DNA from: a bacterium
GTDB taxonomy: Bacteria; UBA8248
DNA: 64,000 nt
Reading direction: 5' to 3'
NCBI GenBank assembly: GCA_965200245.1
Contig: CBDATS010000008.1
Coordinates: 1 to 64,000 of the forward strand
This document shows positions 1-8,148 of the stretch, piece by piece. The position numbers were made by a program, and so were the translations under genes. How positions within the stretch are numbered: position 1 is the stretch's first letter; each line of letters opens with the position of its first letter. Below the pieces are notes generated by a model. That model was given only the letters and a program-made list of their open reading frames with translations, did no database searches and was not told the DNA's origin.

Positions 1-697
1 TTTCCATTTCGCTGGTTTCTGGGTCTATTTCAAAAACATAATCGTCATACAGGGGCAGGAACAGTACTCCGTCTTGGTCATATCTCTTACCAAAGTATAT
101 CAGGTCTTCTTTCAGCCGCTCGCCATCGCCATGCGGGTCATCTATATCGGCCACAAATGCAGACTCTTCCTTTACCCATTTCCCCAGTTCGCCTTTGTTT
201 TTGCATCTCTCTTCATCATCCAGATCGTAATACTTGTGTTCATCTCCTTCCCTGTATGTCTCGCAATACCCGCCGCCTACCTTGGTGACGCTGTAATGTC
301 TGTTGAGCGCGGCCCGGAGTTCCCTGTTTCTTTCCCGGTTCTTTTTCAGGCCGTATCTATCTTTGAACGCCGATATGACCCCACAATGATACCTCTGCCA
401 CTTGCTCTTGAGTCTCTTGAAGTTGCTTTCGGTCATCAGTTCTTCATATTCATATTCCTCTTCGCCGGCGAGCATATCCATGTGGTCGTGCCATCGATCA
501 AAGGCTTCGCCCTCGATTATATCCACGGCATTCTCCATTCTGACGGGGTTGATGTGTATCCCCGATTCAAGTATCCAGCCTTTATACAGTCCGCCAATTC
601 TGCGGGTATAATCGCTTGCGTTTTCGCCATTGCGGATAATCGGAAACCCGTCTGCGGCTTCCAGAAACATTTCCAACATTTTTCGATGGCCTGGCAT
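1..697 (-). CDS. Phage-type SAM lyase (T3 gp0.3/SAMase)-like protein; runs off the window edge
   Basis: Hand-translated frame of 232 codons with no stop, from ATG at 697 (GGGA upstream). Motifs GVISAFK..KNRERNRELRAAL, VGGGYCE, VKEESAFV and YDQDGVLF. Absent from the ORF track because no stop lies inside the window. Confidence 0.65.
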   Translation of the reverse strand, partial: MPGHRKMLEMFLEAADGFPIIRNGENASDYTRRIGGLYKGWILESGIHINPVRMENAVDIIEGEAFDRWHDHMDMLAGEEEYEYEELMTESNFKRLKSKWQRYHCGVISAFKDRYGLKKNRERNRELRAALNRHYSVTKVGGGYCETYREGDEHKYYDLDDEERCKNKGELGKWVKEESAFVADIDDPHGDGERLKEDLIYFGKRYDQDGVLFLPLYDDYVFEIDPETSEME

Positions 698-758
698 GTC
701 TGATTTTCCCTTTATATATCAAACTTTATTTATCCAAATATACATTGCCAAGTTAATC

Positions 759-769
759 ATATAATTCCC
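759..769 (-). mobile_element. IS1595-family-like terminal inverted-repeat motif (GGGAATTATAT)
   Basis: Resembles the motif at 42402-42416 (GGGGATTTATATACC), which closes an IS1595 remnant. Sits at a compositional boundary. Confidence 0.4.
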
Positions 770-884
770 GTCTTTTTTATCGGCAGGTAATTTTGTGGGA
801 TTTGCATCGGTGATAGCGTTCATGTTGGTTTGTTCCGAGCGCTTCGTAAATGTGGCACCCCCACTGGAATTTCGAGCAACCGGG

Positions 885-1200
885 TACCCACCCGACGGAA
901 ATCGGATTCATGGCAAAACCTGCGTTTTGTGAGCAAACTAGCCTCAAAGCTTTCACCTCACCCGAATCCTGATTTACGGCCACCTCCGCAAGTTGCGCCA
1001 TGCAGATGGAGCATGGGTCTGGCGCTTGCGTTTCCCCTTGACCCATAATGTAGCCTGAAATACTTGGCACCGCTTTTGCCACTTCGCCCAATGATATGGA
1101 GTGATCGGCTGTAGATAGAACGCGTCCCTTTCGATTTCCTGATCGTTCGGGTCGGCTTCGAGTTTCTCGGCGGCAACGACTCGCAGTTTTCCCGTAGATA
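885..1200 (-). pseudogene. Fragment of a xanthine dehydrogenase/CoxL-family molybdopterin-binding subunit
   Basis: Frameshifted pieces LRVVAAEKLEADPNDQEI and AQLAEVAVNQDSGEVKALRLVCSQNAGFAMNPISV match the C-terminal AEVEVD-tGev motif region. Confidence 0.65.
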
Positions 1201-1250
1201 TATGGTCTTTGGTGTGATGCTAAACATTATAGAACCTGAATCCCTTGCTA

Positions 1251-1303
1251 TCAAAATTGCCCAATGCAAGACGGCACATGCAGAAATTCGAATTCGAAGA
1301 TCA
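1251..1303 (+). repeat. Degenerate copy of an internal aroE segment (1852-1904)
   Basis: 45 of 53 nt identical by manual alignment. Confidence 0.75.
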
Positions 1304-1433
1304 AGCGATGCAAAAATCACCCGATTGCGAACGTATCCCTGAGTCTCTAGTCTAATGTGTATATCGTCATAGAAACAGGTATTTTATGCCAATACCACAT
1401 TGCCCCGATGAAATAATGCCAAGGAGAACCTTC

Positions 1434-2312
1434 ATGCCAAATCCGATACCACTGGGGGTATTTGGATACCCGGCAGGTCATATCTTGTCACCTGTGCTTC
1501 ACAACAAAGCTGCTGAGGTTTTGGGTATGAATTATCACTACCTTTCCTATGAGGTGCACCCGGATACTTTGGAGGAAGCTGTGCGGGGAGCCCAGGCGAT
1601 GGGGTTTCGCGGGCTCACGATCACAATTCCGCATAAAGTGACCGTAGCCAAACTCATGGATGAGTTGAGTGAGGACGCCCGATTCATGGGTGCGGTAAAC
1701 ACGATAGTTTTTGAAGAAGACGAACGCCTTGTTGGGCATAATACGGATGGTACCGGATGGCTCCAATATTTTGAAGAAACGACAGGAGAACATCCTGAAG
1801 GAAAAAAATGCCTTGTTCTGGGTGCGGGGGGAGCTGCAAGAGCCATAGCTGTCAAAATTGCCCAATGCGGAGCGGCACATATAGAAATTCGAAATCGAAC
1901 ATCACAGAAAGCTTTGGAACTGGCACGGTTTGTGGAGAAAAACTTCCCTGCGGTTACAGTAAATGGTACTGGCCTGGACGATCTGGATGCCACTTTGGAT
2001 GGTTGCGAGATAATTGTGAATACAACGAGCTTGGGGATGTGGGGAGACACTGAGCGCGTTGCAGCTACCCCTATTCCCGCAGACTCTATTCCAGAAGGTT
2101 GTATTTGTTCTGATGCGGTTTACATCCCGCCTGATACGGAATTCCTGAAGGCGGCCAGAAACTCAGGGGCTCAAATTGTCCGCGGAACGGGTTGGTTGGT
2201 ATATCAAGCCGCGGCTGCTTGGAAAATGTGGACTGGTGTGGATATGCCTACGGATATCGTGATGGAAGCTTTTCTGAAAGCATTGGAAAGACGCCTCGGT
2301 GGAGAGGATTAG
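1434..2312 (+). CDS. aroE: Shikimate dehydrogenase family
   Basis: Motifs GH.LSP, TIPHK, GAVNT, NTDG, GAGGAARA and NRT. AGGAGA RBS precedes ATG 1434. Confidence 0.9.
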   Translation: MPNPIPLGVFGYPAGHILSPVLHNKAAEVLGMNYHYLSYEVHPDTLEEAVRGAQAMGFRGLTITIPHKVTVAKLMDELSEDARFMGAVNTIVFEEDERLVGHNTDGTGWLQYFEETTGEHPEGKKCLVLGAGGAARAIAVKIAQCGAAHIEIRNRTSQKALELARFVEKNFPAVTVNGTGLDDLDATLDGCEIIVNTTSLGMWGDTERVAATPIPADSIPEGCICSDAVYIPPDTEFLKAARNSGAQIVRGTGWLVYQAAAAWKMWTGVDMPTDIVMEAFLKALERRLGGED

Positions 2313-2579
2313 CTATTGAAGGTTTTTCGTTTTCACTCGTTCTTCGCATGGAATTGCCGCATTATTCCTGGCCATAAATCCCATATGCCCCGATGACTGA
2401 TGCCCCTTCTATTCAAGTCTTTTTGTCTGCGATTTTTGTAAGGGGTTATTGTGGGAAAGCTGTTTTGTATTCCTGTGAAGGTAACTCAAGTTTACAGAGA
2501 TAGAATGGGGGAATCTCCCCTGTTTTACCTGATCATTGTCTGAGGTTATACCTGCTATGTTCATTCTGTGTGGGAAGGG

Positions 2580-2617
2580 CCGGGGGCCCGGTATTACGCA
2601 TGGGGCCGGGCCCCCGG
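2580..2617. terminator. Perfect 12-bp GC hairpin between the convergent aroE and mreB genes
   Basis: CCGGGGGCCCGG-N14-CCGGGCCCCCGG. No clear U tract. Confidence 0.45.
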
Positions 2618-2643
2618 TAGGGGAGTGGTGCTCGTGAAGTTTT

Positions 2644-3681
2644 TTAGTTCAGACAAACTTGCCTAAAGTCTTTGAAATGGTCTAGTACATGTCCGGTTCC
2701 ACGCACTACCGTGGTGAGTGGGTCTTTTACTCTATAAATGGGAAGCCCTGTCTCTTCATGTAGCCTTGTCCCGAGCCCTTTTAAGAGCGAACCGCCGCCG
2801 GCTAATACGATTCCTCGCCGAGAAATGTCCGAGGCAAGCTCAGGGCTGGTTTTGGAGAGTGCTTTTCTGATTGAATCAACGATGGCTTTCACTGGGCCGT
2901 CAAGAGCCTTGAGCACGGATTCATTGGTTAATTTTATTGTGCGGGGCATACCTGTTGAAACGTCTGCACCCGAAATTTCCGTTTCCAGAGGCTCCGAGAG
3001 TGGGGCTGCTGCTCCAATCTCTATTTTTACGCGCTCAGCCTCGAATGCGCCGATCGATAAGCCATGGTGCCTTTTGATGTGGCGTTGTACGCATTCGTCC
3101 ATTGCGTCTCCCGCCATGCGCAGCGATTCTGAATATGCAATGGCGTATTGGGAGATGACGGCCATTTCGGTTGTCCCGCCCCCTATGTCAACGATCATGG
3201 AACCGGCGATTTCATGAATCGGCAGTTTGCTGCCTATTGCCGCCGCCATCGGTTCTTCGATTAGATGAACTTTTCCGGCTCCGCATTGAGTCGCGGAGTC
3301 GATGACGGCTTTCATTTCAACACTGGTAATTCCTGAGGGAACACAGACCATCATGGTTGGTCGGCTGAAAGATCTTTTCGGTACGATTGCCCCCACAAAA
3401 TGGCGAATCATGGCCTTTGTTACATCAAAATCGGCGATAACTCCATCTTTCATAGGGCGTATAGTCTGAATGGATTCTGGTGTCCGGCCGTACATTTCTT
3501 TGGCTTTCTTGCCGACGGCAAGAACATGCCCTCCATTTTTGGAGTTCAATGCGACAACGGAGGGTTCATCAAGAACGATTCCGGCATGTTTTGTGTACAC
3601 GAGTGTGTTCGCTGTCCCCAGGTCCATCGCGATATTGGGACGCATCCATGATCTCAGGCGCTTAAACAAATTGAATTCCAT
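2644..3681 (-). CDS. mreB: Rod shape-determining actin homolog MreB
   Basis: Motifs DLGTANT, EPSVVA, IRPMKDGVIADF, EEPMAAAIG, DIGGGTTE and GGGSLL. Confidence 0.95.
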   Translation of the reverse strand: MEFNLFKRLRSWMRPNIAMDLGTANTLVYTKHAGIVLDEPSVVALNSKNGGHVLAVGKKAKEMYGRTPESIQTIRPMKDGVIADFDVTKAMIRHFVGAIVPKRSFSRPTMMVCVPSGITSVEMKAVIDSATQCGAGKVHLIEEPMAAAIGSKLPIHEIAGSMIVDIGGGTTEMAVISQYAIAYSESLRMAGDAMDECVQRHIKRHHGLSIGAFEAERVKIEIGAAAPLSEPLETEISGADVSTGMPRTIKLTNESVLKALDGPVKAIVDSIRKALSKTSPELASDISRRGIVLAGGGSLLKGLGTRLHEETGLPIYRVKDPLTTVVRGTGHVLDHFKDFRQVCLN

Positions 3682-5131
3682 TACCTATTTCCCCCATCAA
3701 GCAAAGTTGGCTTACCGCACCCCCTTTTTGAGCGAAAGCCAGTGCTTCAAGAGATGATTTGATCAGGTTTTTCGAACTTTGTGCAGTTTCAGGATAACAG
3801 GCGGCACCTATCGAAATCGTGATTTCAAACTCTTTTCCTCCAAGAAGGAAAGGGGTGTGATTCACGACATGAATTATGCGTTCTGCAACGGCTTCGGCAT
3901 ATTCTTGTGAGGAGTCTTGCAGCAACAACAAGAAACGTGACCCTTCGTATCGTACCAAAATATCGTTTTCGGCGACGAATTGCTTGAGCGAATTTGAAAG
4001 CAGAATGATGACCTCTTCCTCGCATGAATCCGTAAATTCCCATGAAGTGTCTGGAGCGATGCTCAACAATGCGAGTTGACGTCCTTTCGTTTCCGCCTCG
4101 CAGATCATTTCGTGAAGGCGAGAATGCAGATAATGTATGTTTTGCTCGCCGGTAAGGGGGTCGATTTCCAGACGAGCTTGCCAGCGCAGTTCGTTTTTCC
4201 GGCTTGCAATGGCGTCAGCGACAATAGCTGCTATGAGTTCTCCGCGTTGTATGGAGGAGACATCGAATTGGGCACGGCGTCTGCTCGTGAAGCCCAGGCA
4301 TCCAAGTATTTCACCCCTTGAGATTAGGGGGAGGCACACGGCGGAACGGGCATCGATCCGAGGCTCGTCTTGATGGAAAAGGGGCTTGGTTCCCTTTTTC
4401 CCCTTAAGATCGGGGAGCCTCAAGCTTTCTTTTTTATTCAATACGTATCCCGCTAGGCTTGCGTGCTCGCTAATTGCTACTTCATTCAGGAAGAGTTCCC
4501 CGAATCCAGAGGTTTTTACGAGGCGGGAGACGCCTGCTTCCTCGTCGACGAGGACAAGGAAGCAGGCGTCGAAGGGGAGCAACTCGCGTGGTGCCTGACA
4601 TATAGCGTTCAACAATTGACCCTCGTTTTCGCTTGAGCGAAGCGAAGACAGGTATTTATTGAAAGCGGGAACGTTCATGGAGCGTCGCTCCTTTTGAACG
4701 CTCATCAAAGCACCGTCAGCCAGATAGGCGAATTGCTGGGCGAACCCCGCGAGTATTTTTTGATCTTTGGAGGTAAAACACCAGCTTTTCTTGCTGTCGA
4801 TGGCAAGCACCCCTTTGTTTGTGGATGACGGCAGGGGTGTCGCCATGAAGGATTTGATATCCTCGTTTCGGCTGTAATAACCGAGAACCAGGGTGTCCTT
4901 TTCAAACTGATTAACGCTCAATGGTTCATTGTTTTCCAGAACCCAACCCATGAAACCTTGACCAATGTCGACCGAGGCGTCTGTGAGAATATAGGGACTG
5001 AGGCTGTGGTATGTGGTGAGTTGGTAAGTTTTTCGCCTTTTGTTTTCAAGAAATAAACAGGCGGAGTATGCTTCCGTGACGTTGCTGACGAGTGTGATGA
5101 GGGAAAAGAGATCTCTTTCCAGGTTCGTCAT
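3662..5131 (-). CDS. Tandem-GAF plus degenerate GGDEF domain protein
   Basis: Two GAF-like domains, then DPLTG and RYEGSRF (canonical RYGGEEF) and TISIG. Start set at MTNLERD. Confidence 0.8.
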   Translation of the reverse strand: MTNLERDLFSLITLVSNVTEAYSACLFLENKRRKTYQLTTYHSLSPYILTDASVDIGQGFMGWVLENNEPLSVNQFEKDTLVLGYYSRNEDIKSFMATPLPSSTNKGVLAIDSKKSWCFTSKDQKILAGFAQQFAYLADGALMSVQKERRSMNVPAFNKYLSSLRSSENEGQLLNAICQAPRELLPFDACFLVLVDEEAGVSRLVKTSGFGELFLNEVAISEHASLAGYVLNKKESLRLPDLKGKKGTKPLFHQDEPRIDARSAVCLPLISRGEILGCLGFTSRRRAQFDVSSIQRGELIAAIVADAIASRKNELRWQARLEIDPLTGEQNIHYLHSRLHEMICEAETKGRQLALLSIAPDTSWEFTDSCEEEVIILLSNSLKQFVAENDILVRYEGSRFLLLLQDSSQEYAEAVAERIIHVVNHTPFLLGGKEFEITISIGAACYPETAQSSKNLIKSSLEALAFAQKGGAVSQLCLMGEIGNGIQFV

Positions 5132-5185
5132 TTCCACCAACCAACGGGACGGATTGAGACGATGCCGAATATACCAAAAGCCCAA

Positions 5186-5470
5186 AATTTATTTCAAGTA
5201 GAAAATTTATTTAATACTGTATGTAATTGTATTTATTAATTTTATTTAAAATAAAAAATTTCATCGGAAATGTATGATTAAAGCGATTTCTGTAATCATA
5301 AGTATAAATTATTGATATTTATAGAGTTATAGTTTCAGAAAACGATGTTTCGGGCAGGTTGGACGTCGATATGGCAGGAAAATCCATATATTGTAGTAAT
5401 AATTTGTTTAAAGCACCATATTTGATGGGCCATGCATGCGCACGGATTTTGTGGGTTTATAGAAAAACCG
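5186..5470. promoter_or_regulatory. Very AT-rich divergent promoter region
   Basis: Visibly A/T-dominated about 280 bp between divergent genes. Confidence 0.5.
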
Positions 5471-5603
5471 AGTGAATTTACGATATATCCAGAAATCGGG
5501 GGTTGTGAGTCCGTTCTTCTTTCGCCCGGTAGCGGGACCACCCCTTGAGAACGCCTGGATTCGTCGATATATTCAAGGAATCCACCGCCCTTTCGGTTTT
5601 TGC

Positions 5604-6197
5604 ATGTATTCCATCGAACGCGAACTCGCGCGGGAAGGCGTCTTGTACGTAGCAGGCGTGGACGAGGCTGGTCGCGGCCCCTTGGCGGGCCCGGTGGTAG
5701 CCGCCGCCGTGGTGCTGGATCCGAAAAATCTTGTCGCCAATCTCGACGACAGCAAGAAACTCTCCCCGCGAGAAAGGGAAGCGCTTTTGCCCGAGATATT
5801 GGAGAAAGCGCGCGCCGTTGCTTTGGCGGCCGCCGGACCGCGCGAAATTGAGAGAATCAACATCCTCCAAGCGTCCCTTCGCGCCATGGCGACTGCCGTG
5901 GAGAGGCTTGGACCGGCTCCCGCGCATGTCCTCGTCGATGGAAACAGAAAGATTCCCACCGCGCTTCCGCAGACCCCCCTTGTGAAGGGTGATTCCCGCT
6001 GTGCCTGCATCGCAGCGGCGAGTGTGGTTGCCAAAGTGTATCGCGACTGGGTGATGGCCCGGATGGACGGGCGTTTTCCGGTCTATGGCTTCGGCAAACA
6101 CAAGGGCTATCCCACACGGGATCATCTGGCAGCTCTCAAGCGTCATGGCCCCTGCCCCATCCACCGGCGGACTTTCCGGGGCGTTACCTGTGCATGA
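5604..6197 (+). CDS. rnhB: Ribonuclease HII
   Basis: Motifs GVDEAGRGPLAGPV, DSKKL, VDGN, KGD, AASVVAKV.RD and HKGY. Confidence 0.95.
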   Translation: MYSIERELAREGVLYVAGVDEAGRGPLAGPVVAAAVVLDPKNLVANLDDSKKLSPREREALLPEILEKARAVALAAAGPREIERINILQASLRAMATAVERLGPAPAHVLVDGNRKIPTALPQTPLVKGDSRCACIAAASVVAKVYRDWVMARMDGRFPVYGFGKHKGYPTRDHLAALKRHGPCPIHRRTFRGVTCA

Positions 6198-6560
6198 GGA
6201 CGAGGTGAGCCTTGAGAATGGACAAACCGGAGAAGACGTGACTGTGAAATACCTGCACCCACATGAATATGAAATCATTGAGTGAAACTACAAAGGATCG
6301 CGCTATGAAGTTGATACCGGCTCGCGCGAGAGCGGTGTCTAGTCGTTCACCGAGACCAGGACCCGAGCAGACAAAGTCCCTGGGCGGGGTCGAAGCCATT
6401 AACGCAAGAAACAGCGCAGAATGCCACATGCCGCCCAGCACTACGTAATGACACATCCTGAGGAGCAAGCATCCGTTTGCTGTTTCGACATGCTGATAGA
6501 AGCCGATTCGGGGAGAGAAAGCCGAAGGCAAAAGAATTCCTCAGGAACGCGCTCATTAGT
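6190..6560 (+). pseudogene. yraN: Decayed YraN (UPF0102) gene
   Basis: GQTGED..KYL..YEIIE*NYK..YEVD...*SFTETRTR...RKKQRR..AAQHY..FD, with several stops and frameshifts. Lies in the usual position after rnhB. Confidence 0.75.
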
Positions 6561-6607
6561 GCCTCTTTACGGCTTCATCCTGCCATGAGCAAGCTGCCTT
6601 ATGTTGT

Positions 6608-7387
6608 TCAGGGATTTCGTTCGGCGATCAAGCACAGGCCCAGAAGCGTCAAATCAGGGTTGATGAGGTCGAAAACTCCGTTTTCATTACCTAAGGCCAG
6701 ACTCTGTCCGCCTGTTGCGATGACTTTCGTGTCGCGCCCGAGTTCCGTTTTCATGCACTCGACGATTTCGTGGACCATGCCCCGGTAGCCGTAGGCGATG
6801 CCGGCCTGAATACTGTGCACCGTGTTTTTTCCGATGACAGAGGGTGGCACGGCGGTTTCGACTCTGGGGAGACGGGCCGTTTTATCGATAAGTGCTTCCA
6901 GGGCAATGCCCAAACCGGGAGCAATGGCACCGCCCAGGTATTCCCCTCCAGCGGAAATCGCGTCGAAGGTGATGGCCGTTCCGAAGTCGACGATCACCAA
7001 AGGCCCGCTGTAGAGTTGGTAGCCCGCGACGGCGTTAACGATTCTATCCGCCCCCACTTCGCGGGGATTGTCGTACTTGATGGAGATTCCTGTTCGTATC
7101 CCCGGGCCTACGACCAGCGGTTTCACACCGAAAAAGCGGGTCGCCATTTCCTCGAGATTCGGTCCAAGGGGGGGGACGACGCTCGCGAGCACCACGCGAC
7201 CCACGTCCGACATCCTGTGTTGGCCCAGCCGGAACAACCCCTCTATGAGAATGGCCAGTTCGTCCGTCGTGCGGCGGGCTACGGAGCCGAGCCGCCAACT
7301 CGAGAGAAGCTCTTTGCCATCGAAAAGACCCACGACGGTCTGCGTGTTGCCTACGTCGATGGCCAGCAAATGGAAGCCTTGGTTCAT
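6608..7387 (-). CDS. coaX: Type III pantothenate kinase
   Basis: Motifs IDVGNT, GADR, VDFGTA, GGAIAPG and TGG. Confidence 0.95.
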   Translation of the reverse strand: MNQGFHLLAIDVGNTQTVVGLFDGKELLSSWRLGSVARRTTDELAILIEGLFRLGQHRMSDVGRVVLASVVPPLGPNLEEMATRFFGVKPLVVGPGIRTGISIKYDNPREVGADRIVNAVAGYQLYSGPLVIVDFGTAITFDAISAGGEYLGGAIAPGLGIALEALIDKTARLPRVETAVPPSVIGKNTVHSIQAGIAYGYRGMVHEIVECMKTELGRDTKVIATGGQSLALGNENGVFDLINPDLTLLGLCLIAERNP

Positions 7388-8148
7388 GGAAGTTCCACCT
7401 CGCCCGAATTTATTCTCTCGATAGAGCCGTCCAGCTTTTCGAGCAGCATGCGGCCCGACTCGTCAATACCCTTGTTCTTTCCAATAAACGTCTCATCCGC
7501 AACGCGGACGGAGACACTCTGGCCCAGATTGTCGCACAATTCGAGCCACCGTTCCCGCACGGCGCCGAAACCGTACGATTCATATTCTTTGTACCGGAAT
7601 GCAATGCGCTCAAGGAGTATGTGGAGAACTCGCTCCGCGTCGGGTGTCTCTCCTCCCGAGAGAAGTAACGAGGAAGCCGTCTTTCGCAACTCGGGAGTAA
7701 AGTCGGCTTCCCGCGTCGTGAGATTGATGCCCAGACCTGCGACGACGGCGGGGGACTGGCCCTGAAGGCGGAGGTATTCGCACAGGATCCCGCCAATTTT
7801 TTTGCCCCTCGCCCGCAGGTCGTTCGGCCATTTGAGCCCGACAGGAAGGCCCGTCGCCTCGAAAATTCCCTCCGCTGCGGCGACGCCGAGCAATAGGGTG
7901 AGGAGGGGCGAGGCCTCCGCTTCGCCGCTCGGGCGGAGCAGGGCCGAGAAGTAGAGTCCCCCGGGTGGTGAAAACCAGGAGTGCCCCCTTCTTCCTCGTC
8001 CTTTTGTCTGGGAAATTGCGCGTATCACGAGGCCGGACGGTTCGCCTTCCCGCGCGCGGGTGGAAACATGATCGTTAGTGGAATCTGCTTCGTCAATCGT
8101 TTCGATCCGCCAGGAGAGCATTTTCTCCTCGACGCGGGTGGGGTCCAT
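7384..8148 (-). CDS. birA: Biotin-protein ligase (no HTH)
   Basis: Motifs STN, QTKGRGRRG.W, KWPND and KKIGGIL. Confidence 0.93.
   Translation of the reverse strand: MDPTRVEEKMLSWRIETIDEADSTNDHVSTRAREGEPSGLVIRAISQTKGRGRRGHSWFSPPGGLYFSALLRPSGEAEASPLLTLLLGVAAAEGIFEATGLPVGLKWPNDLRARGKKIGGILCEYLRLQGQSPAVVAGLGINLTTREADFTPELRKTASSLLLSGGETPDAERVLHILLERIAFRYKEYESYGFGAVRERWLELCDNLGQSVSVRVADETFIGKNKGIDESGRMLLEKLDGSIERINSGEVELP

Noticed and set aside
74-703. 209-aa plus-strand hydrophobic ORF
   Set aside because: Antisense shadow of the purine-rich minus-strand gene at 1-697.
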